Below are positions 13,446 to 28,743 of a stretch of 64,000 nt of DNA, piece after piece. The notes below the pieces were generated by a model, which saw nothing but the letters and a program-made list of their open reading frames with translations, searched no databases and was not told where the DNA came from. Origin of the DNA: Octopus vulgaris (taxonomy: Eukaryota). The stretch's first letter is position 1. Each line of letters starts with the position of its first letter. The position numbers were made by a program, and so were the translations under genes. The stretch is from assembly GCA_951406725.2 (NCBI GenBank), contig OX597821.1, positions 71,486,001-71,550,000 of the forward strand, written 5' to 3'.

Positions 13446-14084
13446 TCAATTTTGGAATATTTGGTTAATATTTCCATGAACTACCACATAGGGGGCTGCT
13501 CCTACGTCAGTCCTGTTGATGGAAAGCAGACAATCAGTTAGGGATTTTATTTGATATAAAATCAAAAAGCTTCTCGCGTGTGTTTTCATTACAAAAACTC
13601 CGATACATCGTAAGGTAATCATCAACTTAGCGGGAATTGTACATGAATAATAGAAATTTGAAGTTATTAATCTTTACAGTAGCTATATGAATTTCATATA
13701 GCTACAGATTCACTAATTTCGCCGAGCAGAATTTGAGCTCAAATAGCAGAACACTATACAATCGGATGAAAGATGTGCAATGGAGCATCAAAAATGCGAA
13801 TTAATGTAGGTCTTATAACGCCACCCTCGTCCCCCACTCTCTTTCTCTCTCTCTCTCTCAGAAAACTCCGTGCAAAGCAACAAGAGAATCTGGAGCACAT
13901 TTTACTCTTTACAGCTAAATACGTAGCCTGGAGCAGTTTCTGATTTTGCGATTGTCCTATAAACACTTTGCAATACACACATGCACTCAAGCAAATATTC
14001 TTTCTTTCTCTATATATATCTCTCTCTATCTATCTATCTCCCTCTCCCACATACACACACACATTCAAACTATGTGAGAGAGAG

Positions 14085-14121
<37 letters not shown>

Positions 14122-14123
14122 GT

Positions 14124-14163
<40 letters not shown>

Positions 14164-14776
14164 GCGTATTTCTGTATATTTTCTTGACATAGAACATTCT
14201 TACATAAGCGAAACTTTAATCTCATTTCTGCGTCTGAAGATATTCTTTGTTTTCTTTTTCTTTTATTCTTTTATTTGTTTTAGTTATCTGATGTGCGGCC
14301 TTACTGGAGCACCACCTTTAGAAAAAATAAATGTGTTGAGAAATAAGGCACTAAAAGAGAATGAATTTCCCCAGACACAATAATTATATATATATATATC
14401 ATAAACGCAAAAACTCATTTCTGTGTGTCAGTGTGTCACACTTAGACCCCCTCTTTCACTAGTTAATTACACTCTTACTATTCCTCATGATGGGGTGAGA
14501 GTAATAGTAGGCATAGAGACGGTGAGGACGGTGGTAAAAACAGACAAAGACAGAGAGAGAGAGAGAAAGAGAGACAAAGAAATTTAGGGAAAATTGATGA
14601 TGTTTTATTAAAAGTAGTTGTGTTGATGGCGGCAGTGGGAGTAATAATAAAAGAGAGAGAAAGAGGGAGAGGATGTTTAGAGAGATTGTTTAGCCATGTC
14701 TCTTTGACAGAAATTCCTGTCGCCAACATACTGAACGGTATCATTTTTGTTTTATTTTTGCTTTCTTTGAAACATG

Positions 14777-14808
<32 letters not shown>

Positions 14809-14896
14809 ATACGTTTTAATTGAAATAAAGTTTTCCCAAAATTAAACATATCTGATATAATAAATGTCAGTGTGTCACACTTTTTCAACTTTAATA

Positions 14897-15112
14897 AATC
14901 CTTTCTACTGGAAGCACAAGGCCTCAAATTTGGGGAGAAAGGGTTAAGTCGATTACATCGACCCTAGTACGTAACTGGTACTAATTTTATTGATCCCGAA
15001 AGGATGAAAGGTAAAGTCGACTTCGGCGGAATTCGAACTCAAACCTAAAGGCAGACGAAACATCACTAAGCATTTCCCCGGCGTGCTCACGATCCTGCCA
15101 GCTCGCCGCCTT
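14897..15112 (-). mobile_element. Family A tRNA-derived SINE, full length
   Basis: Same motifs as 13023; followed by (ATAAT)n at ~15113-15185. Confidence 0.92.
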
Positions 15113-15234
15113 AATATAATATAATATAATATAATATAATATAATATAATATAATATAATATAATATAATATAATATAATATAATAAATGTAAATGTCAG
15201 TGTGTCAGTGTGACATGCTTTTTCAACTTTACTC

Positions 15235-16210
15235 CTAGAGACAGTAGCCCAACATTTCATGCCATTTTGGAATCAGGCTGACTCCGTGAGTAAATTAAAA
15301 ACATTCCGGGCCGAATCCGGACCTACAATCCTCAGCTGCTCGGATAGTCACCTTCGCTACATACGTAGACGATACGAAATTCCAAGCCCTGCGCTACCAG
15401 CGCCCAAAATTGAACGAAAATCTTACAGAGTACACCGGACCAAGGAGGATTCCAATCCCAGAACCTAAATCCGTGCGTGAACTGGGTATCGACATGAGTG
15501 AGGATATCTTTTTCCAAGTGCACATTACCAAGATGGTCACAAAGTGCAGACAGCCGACTGGCTTGATCCTGTGGACCTTCAGAGCCAGAGAGAAGGAAAG
15601 AAACCATGATGGTCCTCTTGAGGACATTCGTCCTCAGCCGCCTGGACAACTGCTCCCAACTATGGTCACCCAACCGTGTAAAATAATAGCAGACCTTGAA
15701 GTAATCCAGTGAAGCTACACGATGAAGATCGTCTCATTGCAACAGCTCAACTACTGGGAAAGGCTGAAACAGCTAAGACTCTACTCCCTGGAGCAAAGGC
15801 AAGAAAGATATGCAGTAATATATCTGGAAGATCCTGGAAGGGATTATACCAAATTTTGGCAATGAAAGCTACACAAATGCCAGAACGGGTCACCACTACA
15901 CAACGCCAAAGATCCCAACACTGCCGTCGCGTTTCAGGACCAGTTATTGCAACAGCCTAGGTTTCAAGGGCCCACAACTTTTAATATTCTCCCAAAGAGC
16001 CTGAGAGATATATACACAAAATGGATGTAGGTATTTTCAAATCAAAACTGGATCTCTTCCTGTCGAGAGTCCCAGATGAACCTACCACGTGGCAGGAGGT
16101 GCAAATGAGGGCAGCGATATCAAACTCCTTTATTCACTAAATTTCTCATATCAGAGGAGGCTCTCGTAGCATAGCATGACCGCAGGTTTGAGCTGAAATC
16201 GATCAAAGAA
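15235..16210 (+). mobile_element. CR1-group LINE 3' fragment (RT C-terminus plus 3' UTR), degenerate
   Basis: Frameshifted PEPKSVRELGIDMSED..HITKMVTKCR..GLILWTF...RLDNCSQLWSP...NYWERLKQLRLYSLEQRQERYAVIYIWKILEG; ends at a (GATA)n tract. Confidence 0.88.
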
Positions 16211-16214
16211 TAAA

Positions 16215-16215
<1 letters not shown>

Positions 16216-16310
<95 letters not shown>
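16216..16310. repeat. (GATA)n microsatellite
   Basis: Direct reading. Confidence 0.97.
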
Positions 16311-16311
<1 letters not shown>

Positions 16312-18993
16312 AAGAAATATATATATATATATATATATAAATTCACGTAAAAGGCCTCAGTGAAATACTCTGTTGACAAATGTGTCGTAGAGTCTGAAAC
16401 TTTATAATTGATATTTCTGTAATTTTTCTAACAATCCAAAATTAAAGTCGATTTACCTGGATCACGACTTGACAGGTTCTCATTTCATTAATTCCGCAAA
16501 TGTGAAAAACATTATTTAGCACGAATGAATTTTAGCAGAAAACAACTAATATTCGGCCACAGGTCAGACATGAACGGATCAACGCTGGTGTTTATTGATT
16601 CTGCTAACTAACATATCAAACTAATGAAGAAGCCTGTATTTATGTATAAGCGATTGACCTGCAAAATTTAATAGCCACATAATCAAATCGCATCCTGCTC
16701 TTTTAAAAGAGGATGTTGATAATATGACCCCTAAGGTATATAATTATATCCTAAAAAGGAAATGCAATTGTCATCGCTCGTGTTTTGAATTGTTCTGATC
16801 AAAAGAGTGGATTGTGTAATAACAACATGAAGAAACATATTTCAATAAAAAGTATTTGAAATTTTAATAGGAGAGAAATTTGTGAGAATTCTTAGGTTTT
16901 CGAATTTTGTAAACCAAAAATTACATTTTAATGTGTTCACGGGAGAGAAAGACCAAAATGAATAGAGGATAAGCTTAGTTCGAATTGTCTAGGGATGAGA
17001 ATAGAAATAGGGTGGGGGAAACGGGTGGTGAGTGTGTGTGTGTGTGTGTAAATAAATATACATACATATTTTCCTATATTAATACATGTGTATGTTTGTG
17101 TGTGTATATGTGCGTGTGAGCGAGGTGGGGGGGCATGTGTGTATTTTCTAATGCGTGTAATCATGTAGCTCTACTTTCCTTGTATGCATTTATGCAATTA
17201 TGTTTACATTTACGTCTTCAGACGACAATATTTCTACGCATATAGATTCATGTATTATTAATTATATCAACGCAAGAGAAAAAAAAGAAATTCTCATTCA
17301 TTATTAAGGACGTCCTGCGAATAATTTAAGGAAAATGTCCCAAGGAATTGTCATAAATTAACAGCTCCGCATCTGTGTTTGGTTACTCTCCCATTTACTC
17401 CAATCAACTTCCGCTCACAGCGATAGGGTTTAAGACACGTTCTCCTTGAACTCCTTGTAAAACCATCACGAAATCACATACACTTATAACTACAAGAAAT
17501 ATATCATCTAGATTTTCTTTTCTCTTATTGACCATTAGCTGGTAATGAGAGTAAATAACAAAAAATATATTTCCCTTAATACTTATATATTCATATCTGT
17601 GCGGTCGATCTTCAGCGAAGATGTTATATAGGATTTAGTTCCAGGGACGATTAATCACAGATAAAAGTTGCAGATAAGGAACACGTTCTAAGTATGATGT
17701 TTTCATGGCTCCCTAACAAGTTGTGTCTCTGCAGGACCTCTACGTAAAATAAACCGCAAGCAATTTCAGAAATATCGTAAAATCTCGTGATTGCAGTTTT
17801 GACACAGTTAATTAACTAAGACATCCGTCAAGGGTCTGGTAACTTAATACAGAGAGGACATTAGTCGAATTGTTTAGCATTTGGTCATTTAGAAGAGCAA
17901 ACATCTACTGCTAATGCTGAGATTTCGCTGCGTGTGTTTCGTCAATTTATTTGAATACAGAATGGTTGGCCTTATCGACACAGATCAACAGTATTGCAGA
18001 GGGAGTATCTGAACCATTTCTGCTGTGCCCGGACTGTTTCCAGAATCATATGCCTTACCCCAACTACACTTACCATCTCTTCACCAATGCACACGCCACG
18101 AAGAAATTACTCGTCAGTACGTTCGTAGCACCCACGAGGCCGCAGGTGATGCCATATATTGGTTAATTATAGCAGGGAGCCTTAGGTTCCCTGCCTCTAG
18201 ATTTTCTGTAGGTCTTTACTCCCTTATCTTTCAAGGCAGTAGAGTTTTATTATAGTAGTATGGTTTGTGAAAAGCCTGCTCTACTCTCGTCCTTCAAACT
18301 TGTGTTGGTCTACTGCAACAAATGCCACTGGCTCTGTAGCAGGAGCTGTATGGAGTTACCTTCTCTCAGATGAGCAGCTAAAGAACTGAAGCGACCTCAT
18401 ATGCCCGTGGTCTGTTGGGGTGTCTGTGCGTCATCGTTTTCCAGGGCAATTCCCTGATATTTTAGCTAACCCATTGCTCGGATCCTGACAATTTTACTAC
18501 TCTGAGGCAGAGTAGAACTTGGAACAATAATGGTTAAGAGGTAGATGCACACTCCACAAAACACTGGAATTCCTGCAACAGAAACCCACAACCGGAAGTG
18601 GTTTAAAGGAATGTCCAGGGCTAAGAACTGAATATTTTCTTTTGTTCGTTTCCATCAGTTTATTTACTTTGCATTTTTACTACATGAAGAAGCGTTTGTT
18701 ACAGAGTTTCATTAATTCATCTTTCAGCTGCATTTATTCATAAACATGCTTCAGCAGGTGCTTGAGTGTGTGCGTATGTGTGTGCGCGCGCGCGCGTGTG
18801 TGTATGTGTGTATGTGTGTATGTGTGTGTACGCGCGGTGTCGTTTGAATGCTAAAACGGTGTCAAGTGTATTGTGACCAGCGATCCAACATTCGACACAC
18901 AGATCAATATCATGATATATATGATATATGATATATATACATACATATACATGCATACATACATACATACATAATACATACATACATACATAT

Positions 18994-19032
<39 letters not shown>

Positions 19033-19094
19033 ATCTACGGCGAGTCGCTGAATAACTCAACCAGTCATTATACAATAACATATACATACATATA

Positions 19095-19159
<65 letters not shown>

Positions 19160-19385
19160 GTATATATATAACTCGAATATATATATACATGAAATAGTTT
19201 GGGGGCTTCAATTGCCCTTGTTTCAACAGATCTATGACAATAGGGGTTCCTGCTTAGAGTATATCTAGGATTATATTGATTATATGAGCTTAAAGACGGT
19301 TGGTTATTGTTTAAGAGAAATATTTTGTTGCCATGTCCAGCAGAGAGTGCAACCATTTTGAGATTTGCATATGCAACGTAATAAT

Positions 19386-20041
<656 letters not shown>

Positions 20042-20045
20042 AATG

Positions 20046-20188
<143 letters not shown>

Positions 20189-20208
20189 AAGAAGAAAGAA
20201 AGAAAGAA

Positions 20209-20485
20209 AAGCCCCTTCATGACAAATACTGGGCTAAACTAACAGCAAAAGAAATAGACAGAGAAAAATCCCAGCAATGGTTGAGAAGCTCAGGACTCAA
20301 AGCAGAGACGGAGGGATTTTTAATTGCAGCACAAGACCAAAGCCTCCCCACCAGAAATTACCAAAAACATATAATGAAAAAAAATATAACAAGTAACTGA
20401 AGTAACTGTGGAGATGGACAAGAAACAATAAATCATATCATCTCTGGCTGCTCGGTCCTGGCTAAGAAGGAATATATTCACAGAC
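20209..20485 (+). mobile_element. R4/Dong-clade LINE fragment (CCHC zinc-knuckle region)
   Basis: KPLHDKYWAKL...WLRSSGLKAETEGFLIAAQDQSLPTRNYQKHI...N*SNCGDGQETINHIISGCSVLAKKEYIHR. Confidence 0.88.
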
Positions 20486-20486
20486 G

Positions 20487-20650
20487 TATTGGAGCACTAA
20501 CTTGAAGGGTTTTAGTCAAAGAAATCGACCCCATTAGTCAGGTACTCATTATATCACGCTTCTGTTGCCGAGCTGCTACATCAAGTGGCCGCAAACAAAC
20601 CAATACCGGCTGTTAAAGGAGTGGTGGTGGGGAAATATAACCACAAAGAC
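20487..20650 (-). mobile_element. Family B SINE 3' fragment
   Basis: tggagcac..cttgaagggttttagtcaaagaaatcgacccc resembles the family B tail. Confidence 0.55.
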
Positions 20651-20678
20651 ACTTACACATTCACCCACACACTTACAC

Positions 20679-20713
<35 letters not shown>

Positions 20714-20789
20714 AGACACCTAATATTCTTTAAATAGTCAGAACTTTACTCTCGGTCACAAAGAACATCTACGCACCCCGTGCCCTCAC

Positions 20790-20959
20790 CCACCGGAATG
20801 ACCGCTGCCTGACCCGTTAAAATCTTCAACGTACCCACCACCCGTTTTCAACATACACTGATAAACAGTTTGGCCATGGGCTCTTAGGAGCCTCGTTCGA
20901 TTTGTTTTGCTCCGCCTCTGTTCTGTTTTTGTTCTTTCCAACGGATTTCCTATTTCTTC
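20790..20959 (-). other. Candidate exon of an unidentified minus-strand transcript
   Basis: Minus-strand acceptor tgtgtctttctcttcag|GAAG; donors GG|gtacgt (20835) or GG|gtgagg (20790); non-repetitive; no protein homology recognised. Confidence 0.3.
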
Positions 20960-21089
20960 CTGAAGAGAAAGACACAATATGGTCTCATTATTCAATCGGA
21001 ATTTGGTAAGTTGTGCCTTTCGAAACACGTGTAGAATGAAATAAAACGATTTCTGTTCAATCTTCGTTCAACTCCATTTCTTCAATTCA

Positions 21090-21134
<45 letters not shown>

Positions 21135-21929
21135 TCATAATAATAATATATATATATTCTCCGATTTAAAGTGATATTTATATATAAACTAAAAAACGAT
21201 GGGTTAACGTTTGCCAGAATCGAACCCTTATATCAACGCTTACATGGCTACATGACCATCCGGTTGGTACAAACGCTCACCTATCAGTTTAAGGCCAAAT
21301 TTTACGTATATATGCTTAAACTTTCTAATACTACATATATCATTTATAAACAAACCAGAAGGCTTTGTTAGTCCCTTGTTATTGATGATATACAACGAAC
21401 ATTTCTTTTAGGAAAAAGATAAAATACGATCAGGTTAATTCCAATTAAGTCTAAAAAGCGACGCCATATGGATTGCTTGCAAATTTAATATTATACACAT
21501 TGCGTTACTGAAACAAATAATTAACACACACGTTCACATTTGAGCAATAATGTCATTAAATTTAGTCTGGTATGGATCATGCTTACAGTTTTCTTAAGGT
21601 GATCTTTACTAAGTTTTCTAAGCAACCAGCGAAATGAGATCAAATTGTGAAGAGGGTACAACAAGCCGAAACTAATGAATTGTTTGATTCCTGGGCTATT
21701 GATACTTCGGGGATATAACCACTGGGATTTATTTTCTAAACGAAACTATTTTCTAAACGAAACTATTTTCTAACTGATTTCTTTAAAATGTAGTTGAAGT
21801 TCTGCTTGTAAATTTGATCTGATATATACTGTAATCCATTGTAGACTCACCGCACAACAGAGGCGTGTGTGTGTGTGTATTTGTACTTGTATATATGCAT
21901 ATTTGCATTATAATTTGAAAATACCAAGG

Positions 21930-22340
21930 AAGTTATCTTAATTGGGCTCACAGTCCCCTGAATAGTTGATGAGGCCCATGAATTGAAGCGTGCCAAATAT
22001 TAAAGCTTTCTGCCGGATTTCAGGAGGAAGGAATGACAAGAATGGTTTTTCCCAGTTGAGGTTGGCTGTAGGGTGTTCCAAACTCAGTCGGCATGGAGGA
22101 TGCTTGCAACAGTTGGAAAGAGAGGAAAGGAGCGAATTGTGGCTATGCGCAGGATGAGAGCGGCACCTGAAAGAGCTTCTTGTTGGCTTTGGAGTAAGAG
22201 AGAGGAATTAATTTGGAAGCCAGGAAAAAATGAAGAGCAGTGTTTTGGCCACCTTTGCTGATCCACCAAAGGGAGGTTGTTATAGTTCAGGGTCGAAACA
22301 CCCAATGAACGTTGGATACCATCTGGCGACATCAGTTCCT
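21930..22340 (+). mobile_element. HERO-type (R2-group, RLE) LINE 3' end
   Basis: LTVP...DEAHELKRAKY...FPVEVGCRVFQTQSAWRMLATVG..GKER..AMRR...APERASCWLWSKREE; 3' UTR gggtcgaaacacccaatgaacgttggataccatctg. Confidence 0.8.
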
Positions 22341-22679
22341 CTTGGCCAAAGCTCCACTCACTTTGGTGAGTGGAAAAAGCGCCTCCTTCTACACACACAC
22401 ATACACACATACCTGTGTGTGTGTGCTCTTAATTTAGAGCTAATTTTGATCAAGTACCTGGTTTGTAGCATGGTTGTGAAGGAAAGCACATTGTTTTGTT
22501 CATCATCTTTGAAATCTTAAGAAGGTCCTGCAGATTATTATTATCCCAAATATCATGATCATTTGTAGTGTATGAATTAAAGATCTGCATTCCCTCCTTA
22601 AGATTCCAATTTCAGCCATACATACCAATCAGATGGGTTGGTCTTTATCTTGTTGCTCCAATAAGATGTATGTATGTGT

Positions 22680-23255
22680 GTCATTATTCAGTTTATTTCA
22701 AGATTTCTTACCAGTATAAGATGAACCGGTTTCGAACATAGATCCAAGATTCCTTCATTGGAATTTCGACATCAACAACAGGTATGTATGTATGTATGTA
22801 TGTATGTATGTATGTATGTATGTATGTATGTATGTATGTATGTATGTATGTATGTATGTATGTATGTATGTATGTATGTATGTATGTATGTATGTATGTA
22901 TGTATGTATGTATGTATGTATGTATGCGCAGATTTGTATGTTTTATGTATGTATTCTCATGCATTTAAATGATAAACCTCTGGAAGGTTTTACAGATTTT
23001 TACAGTTCCAATGATGGAATGGATCTGTAGTCTTCTATGGATCTGTAGTTCTCCTTTCTGGCTTTGAGAAGTCTAATTTCTCAAGATTGGTAATTTAGGC
23101 AATGTGTTACATATCCGAAAGCCCAAATAATTACAGGTATAAATCTGAACTTGTAATCTGGATAGAGTAACTGTAGATTTCTCAATAGTTGAGCATAGGT
23201 GTTCTCTTTTTACTGATCTTCAGCTTTATGTTCCACATTCCACCAGCATTCCTTT
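22680..23255 (-). mobile_element. RLE-type LINE 3' end associated with (TATG)n, copy 1
   Basis: Minus strand reads AQLLRNLQLLYPDYKFRFIPVIIWAFGYVTHCL...IHSIIGTVKICKTFQRFII*; second copy at 51860-52252; bounded and interrupted by (TATG)n. Confidence 0.75.
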
Positions 23256-23857
23256 TTATTATGAGTAGCTATGGCTTCCACCATATTGTATGTATGTATG
23301 TATGTATGTATGTATGTATGTATGTATGTATGTATGTATGTATGTATGTATGTATGTATGTATGTATGTATAAAGATATATTCTCCTGAAATTTCCGAAT
23401 ATTAGGCAGATAGAAAATGAAATAAATCTCAGAATGAATAACAAAGACAGGTGATACTCATGTCTGTTGGTACAATTTACGTCCAAAAATAAATACGAGA
23501 AAATGAAAGTGTTAGGGTGGAGGGCGACTCGAAATGGAATGGATGAATGTAAAATAAAACTGTCTCTTGAGAATGCTAACAAGGGATTTCGTTTTATGTG
23601 GCATCATAGACATAGAGTTGCTGATTGGTTGAAAAAATTGCAAGAATTTATTATGATAGAGTTAGAGATGGAAGACTTGTGTAACAGATTTGAGTTTAAT
23701 GTTGACTTCATGAAGCTTTTATGAAAAAATGCTGAACATATGCCACTAAATATGGAGATTGAAATCAGGTTAAACTCTTAGACATTACGGCCTATACACA
23801 CTCACATAGTTCTTTAAACTACTACGCTCTTTCTCTCTCTTACTTACGCATTCTCTC

Positions 23858-23900
<43 letters not shown>

Positions 23901-24039
23901 CGCCCACCTCATTGTCGTCTCCTTTCTTTCTCTCTGTCGACCTCACTTCACAATTCACAAAAGATTTCAGTGTACGAATATACTCATACACAAGTATACA
24001 AATACATTTATGTATATATTATATGTGTGTGTGCGGGTG

Positions 24040-24078
<39 letters not shown>

Positions 24079-24089
24079 ATGTATCTATG

Positions 24090-24121
<32 letters not shown>

Positions 24122-24122
24122 A

Positions 24123-24160
<38 letters not shown>

Positions 24161-24705
24161 CAAGAAACATCAAATTTAAGTCAACGACTTTATATATAAT
24201 ACCATACCTCAAACAATTAATCCTATATAAATATTACCATGGTTCTTAAACACATAAAAAATAGATACATAAAAGCGTAGAAGGTAAAAATATATATGCG
24301 AATAAAATACAAATAGAATGGTCAACCAAAAAGGTAAATATAAACGATCGAAAATTCATAAAAAACTATCCTTTATATTTGTGTCATTTACATTTGAGGA
24401 CTTCTTTTTGCAGTCCTATAAACCCTTTTGTTTCCAGAAAAAGAGACAACATTTTTTTCTTATCGTATATATATATATATATATATATATGAGACATTCC
24501 CTTATAGGCGGCGTACTATATAAAAAATAATAATTCTGAGAGCTAGACGAAACGATATGGTTTGGGAAATGACCACAGGTGTGCTCCATACGAATTTCCC
24601 CGTATTACTGCTTGTCAGTGCCACACAAGCGAGTCACGTCCGACACGAAATCGTTTCGAAGCATCGACAGTCAGAGGTCACTAAGCTGTGTACCAACTAA
24701 TTATG

Positions 24706-24768
<63 letters not shown>

Positions 24769-24783
24769 AATAAATATATATAT

Positions 24784-25372
24784 AATTTATAAGAGCAAAA
24801 CAAAAAATTCTAATGCCAAAATATGCCGAAAATAGACATAACGTCAATAACCATGTAATTTATCACTACAAGCACGCAATTCGAAGAAAGCCGACAGAAA
24901 TTTCTAAAAAATCCCGTTATTACCATATCGGACCCGATTTCAGAGTTAGTTCATAAGAACCTTCCCTTCATCAGTGATAAAAACGGCAAAGAAATAAGTG
25001 AAATACTTACTTATACCCATGGATGACGCGAATACTAAGTCATGAGCACAATTAAGTACCCCAAATATATCCTTTTGGATATATTTAGGAACTCTCTAGC
25101 CCATCTCGAGACACGTGCGATTCGAACTAAAAATTCTAGTAAAGTGAGAGAGTCCGGAAGTGAACACTATTAAATTAACGTCTAATGTAGGATAAAATTT
25201 TTCGAAAACAATTCTATCAATGGCCAGCATATTAAAAAATACCTTTAAGCGTTAAATTTATAAACAATTTATAAGTAAGAGCAAAAGAAAAAATTTCTAA
25301 TGCCAAAATATGCCGAAAATAGACGCAACGTCAATAACCATGTAATTTATCATTACAAGCACGCATTTCGAA
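24784..25372 (-). mobile_element. Retrozyme-like/non-autonomous PLE: ~487 bp unit plus ~100 bp terminal direct repeat, in (TA)n, with internal hammerhead
   Basis: Direct repeat 24784-24885 vs 25266-25372 (aagagcaaaa...aatgccaaaatatgccgaaaatagac...aagcacgca.ttcgaa); TA tracts either side; no ORF. Confidence 0.8.
24914..24986 (-). ncRNA. Type I hammerhead ribozyme with canonical CUGAUGA core and extended bulged stem I
   Basis: Minus: ccgtttttatca-CTGATGA-agggaaggttc(ttat)gaactaactct-GAAA-tcgg-GTC-cgatatggtaataacgg. Confidence 0.75.
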
Positions 25373-25439
25373 TATATATATAAACTCTTTAACCTGTTTC
25401 AGTTTTAAAGCTATGGTCATGCTGGGGCACCACCGTTAG

Positions 25440-26250
25440 CTGTGCTTCACCATTATTTGAAACCCTCTCTGATCTGTAGCATTTGGTGATTGAGGGTGTT
25501 TGATGCTGTTGCCTTCATTTGTGTTTTCCGACGTGAAATAGGTTTATCTGGAACCCTTGACAGGAGGAAATCCAGTTTTGCTTTGAAGATACCTACATCT
25601 ACACTATGCAGGTCTCTCAGGCATTTTAGAGTGTTATTAAAGAGCTGGGCCCTTGAAACCCAAACTGATTCAGTATCTTATTTTTCATTGCCCACAAGGG
25701 GTTAAACATAGAGGAGACAAACAAGGACAGACAAAGGGATTAAGTCGATTACATCGACCCCAGTGCGTAACTGATACTGAATTTATCGACCCAGAAAGGA
25801 TAAAAGTCAAAGTCGACCTCGGCGTAATTTGAACTCAGAACGTAAAGATGGACGAAATACCGCTAAGTATATCCTCCAGCTTGCTTACGATTCTGCCAGC
25901 TGGTCCTGTGTTTTGATGGTGATGCTGAGATCTTTGACACTATGCAATGGTTCTCCGTTCTGCTGTTTGTGTAACTTTCAACGCCAAAGTTTGGTACAAG
26001 GACTTCCAGGATTTTCCAGATGTATATCACTGCATATCTTTCCCACTTCGTTCCAGGCAGAAGAGTTTTAATTATTTCACTCTTCCCCAATAGCTGATAC
26101 GTTGCAGTGAGACGATTTTCTTTGTGTAGCTTCCTTGGATTGCTTCGAGCTCCACCGTTAATTTTATATTGCGTGGTGACCATAGTTGGGAGCAGAAGTC
26201 CAAGCGGCTAAGGATGTATAGCTTCCAAAGGACCATCATTGTCTCCTTTT
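25440..26250 (-). mobile_element. CR1-group LINE 3' fragment, same family as 15235-16210, interrupted by a SINE
   Basis: Minus ERYAVIYIWKILEVLVPNFGVESYTNSRT; ggtttcaagggccca shared with the 15235 copy. Confidence 0.85.
25677..25901 (-). mobile_element. Family A SINE nested in the LINE fragment
   Basis: cccacaaggggttaaacatagagg...aagtcgacctcggcg.aatttgaactcagaacg. Confidence 0.9.
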
Positions 26251-26264
26251 CTCATATATCATAT

Positions 26265-28012
<1,748 letters not shown>

Positions 28013-28013
28013 C

Positions 28014-28135
<122 letters not shown>

Positions 28136-28270
28136 ATCAAAACAGTTTGATATATACAATGTTTTGGTTACGACTGAACTTAGTAGTATTATTGGATTTG
28201 CTACAGAGAGCAAATGTGATAAACCCGAGTGTGTAAGGAAACTTGTGTTCATCATTTGTTATGCGTGTAA

Positions 28271-28352
<82 letters not shown>

Positions 28353-28701
28353 GTGTATGTTTATGTACATATTTTTATAGCATTCTGGTAAATGTTGCAT
28401 TTTTAAATTGTTAGCTGTATAACACTTTAAATATCGTTTGAGGCAACCTAATAGCGTTTAGCACTTAACCCAGCACTTAAGCATTTGGAAACGGTTTGGC
28501 TAGTATTCCAGCAAATTCTCAATGCAGTGGATGCTTTCCATTCATGACATTCACGAAAGAACGATAAATGTCTAAATGTCTTGTTAGGAAGTCCCGAAGG
28601 ATTCGTGTAGCTTATTCTTTGTAAATATTCATCATTATTTCTTCTAAAATGCATATCATGGTATATCATTTTCGTTTTAAAACTATCAGAAACGCCATCA
28701 G

Positions 28702-28743
<42 letters not shown>

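Noticed and set aside
16345-16420. gtgaaat-actct...agagt-ctgaaac hairpin next to (TA)n
   Set aside because: Core too degenerate and stem I unsupported
17950-18620. GC-richer island, possibly a LINE 5' UTR
   Set aside because: No motif or ORF I can identify with confidence
23467-23724. 85-aa non-SSR ORF
   Set aside because: Probably part of a retroelement ORF next to the RLE LINE, but no diagnostic motif recognised
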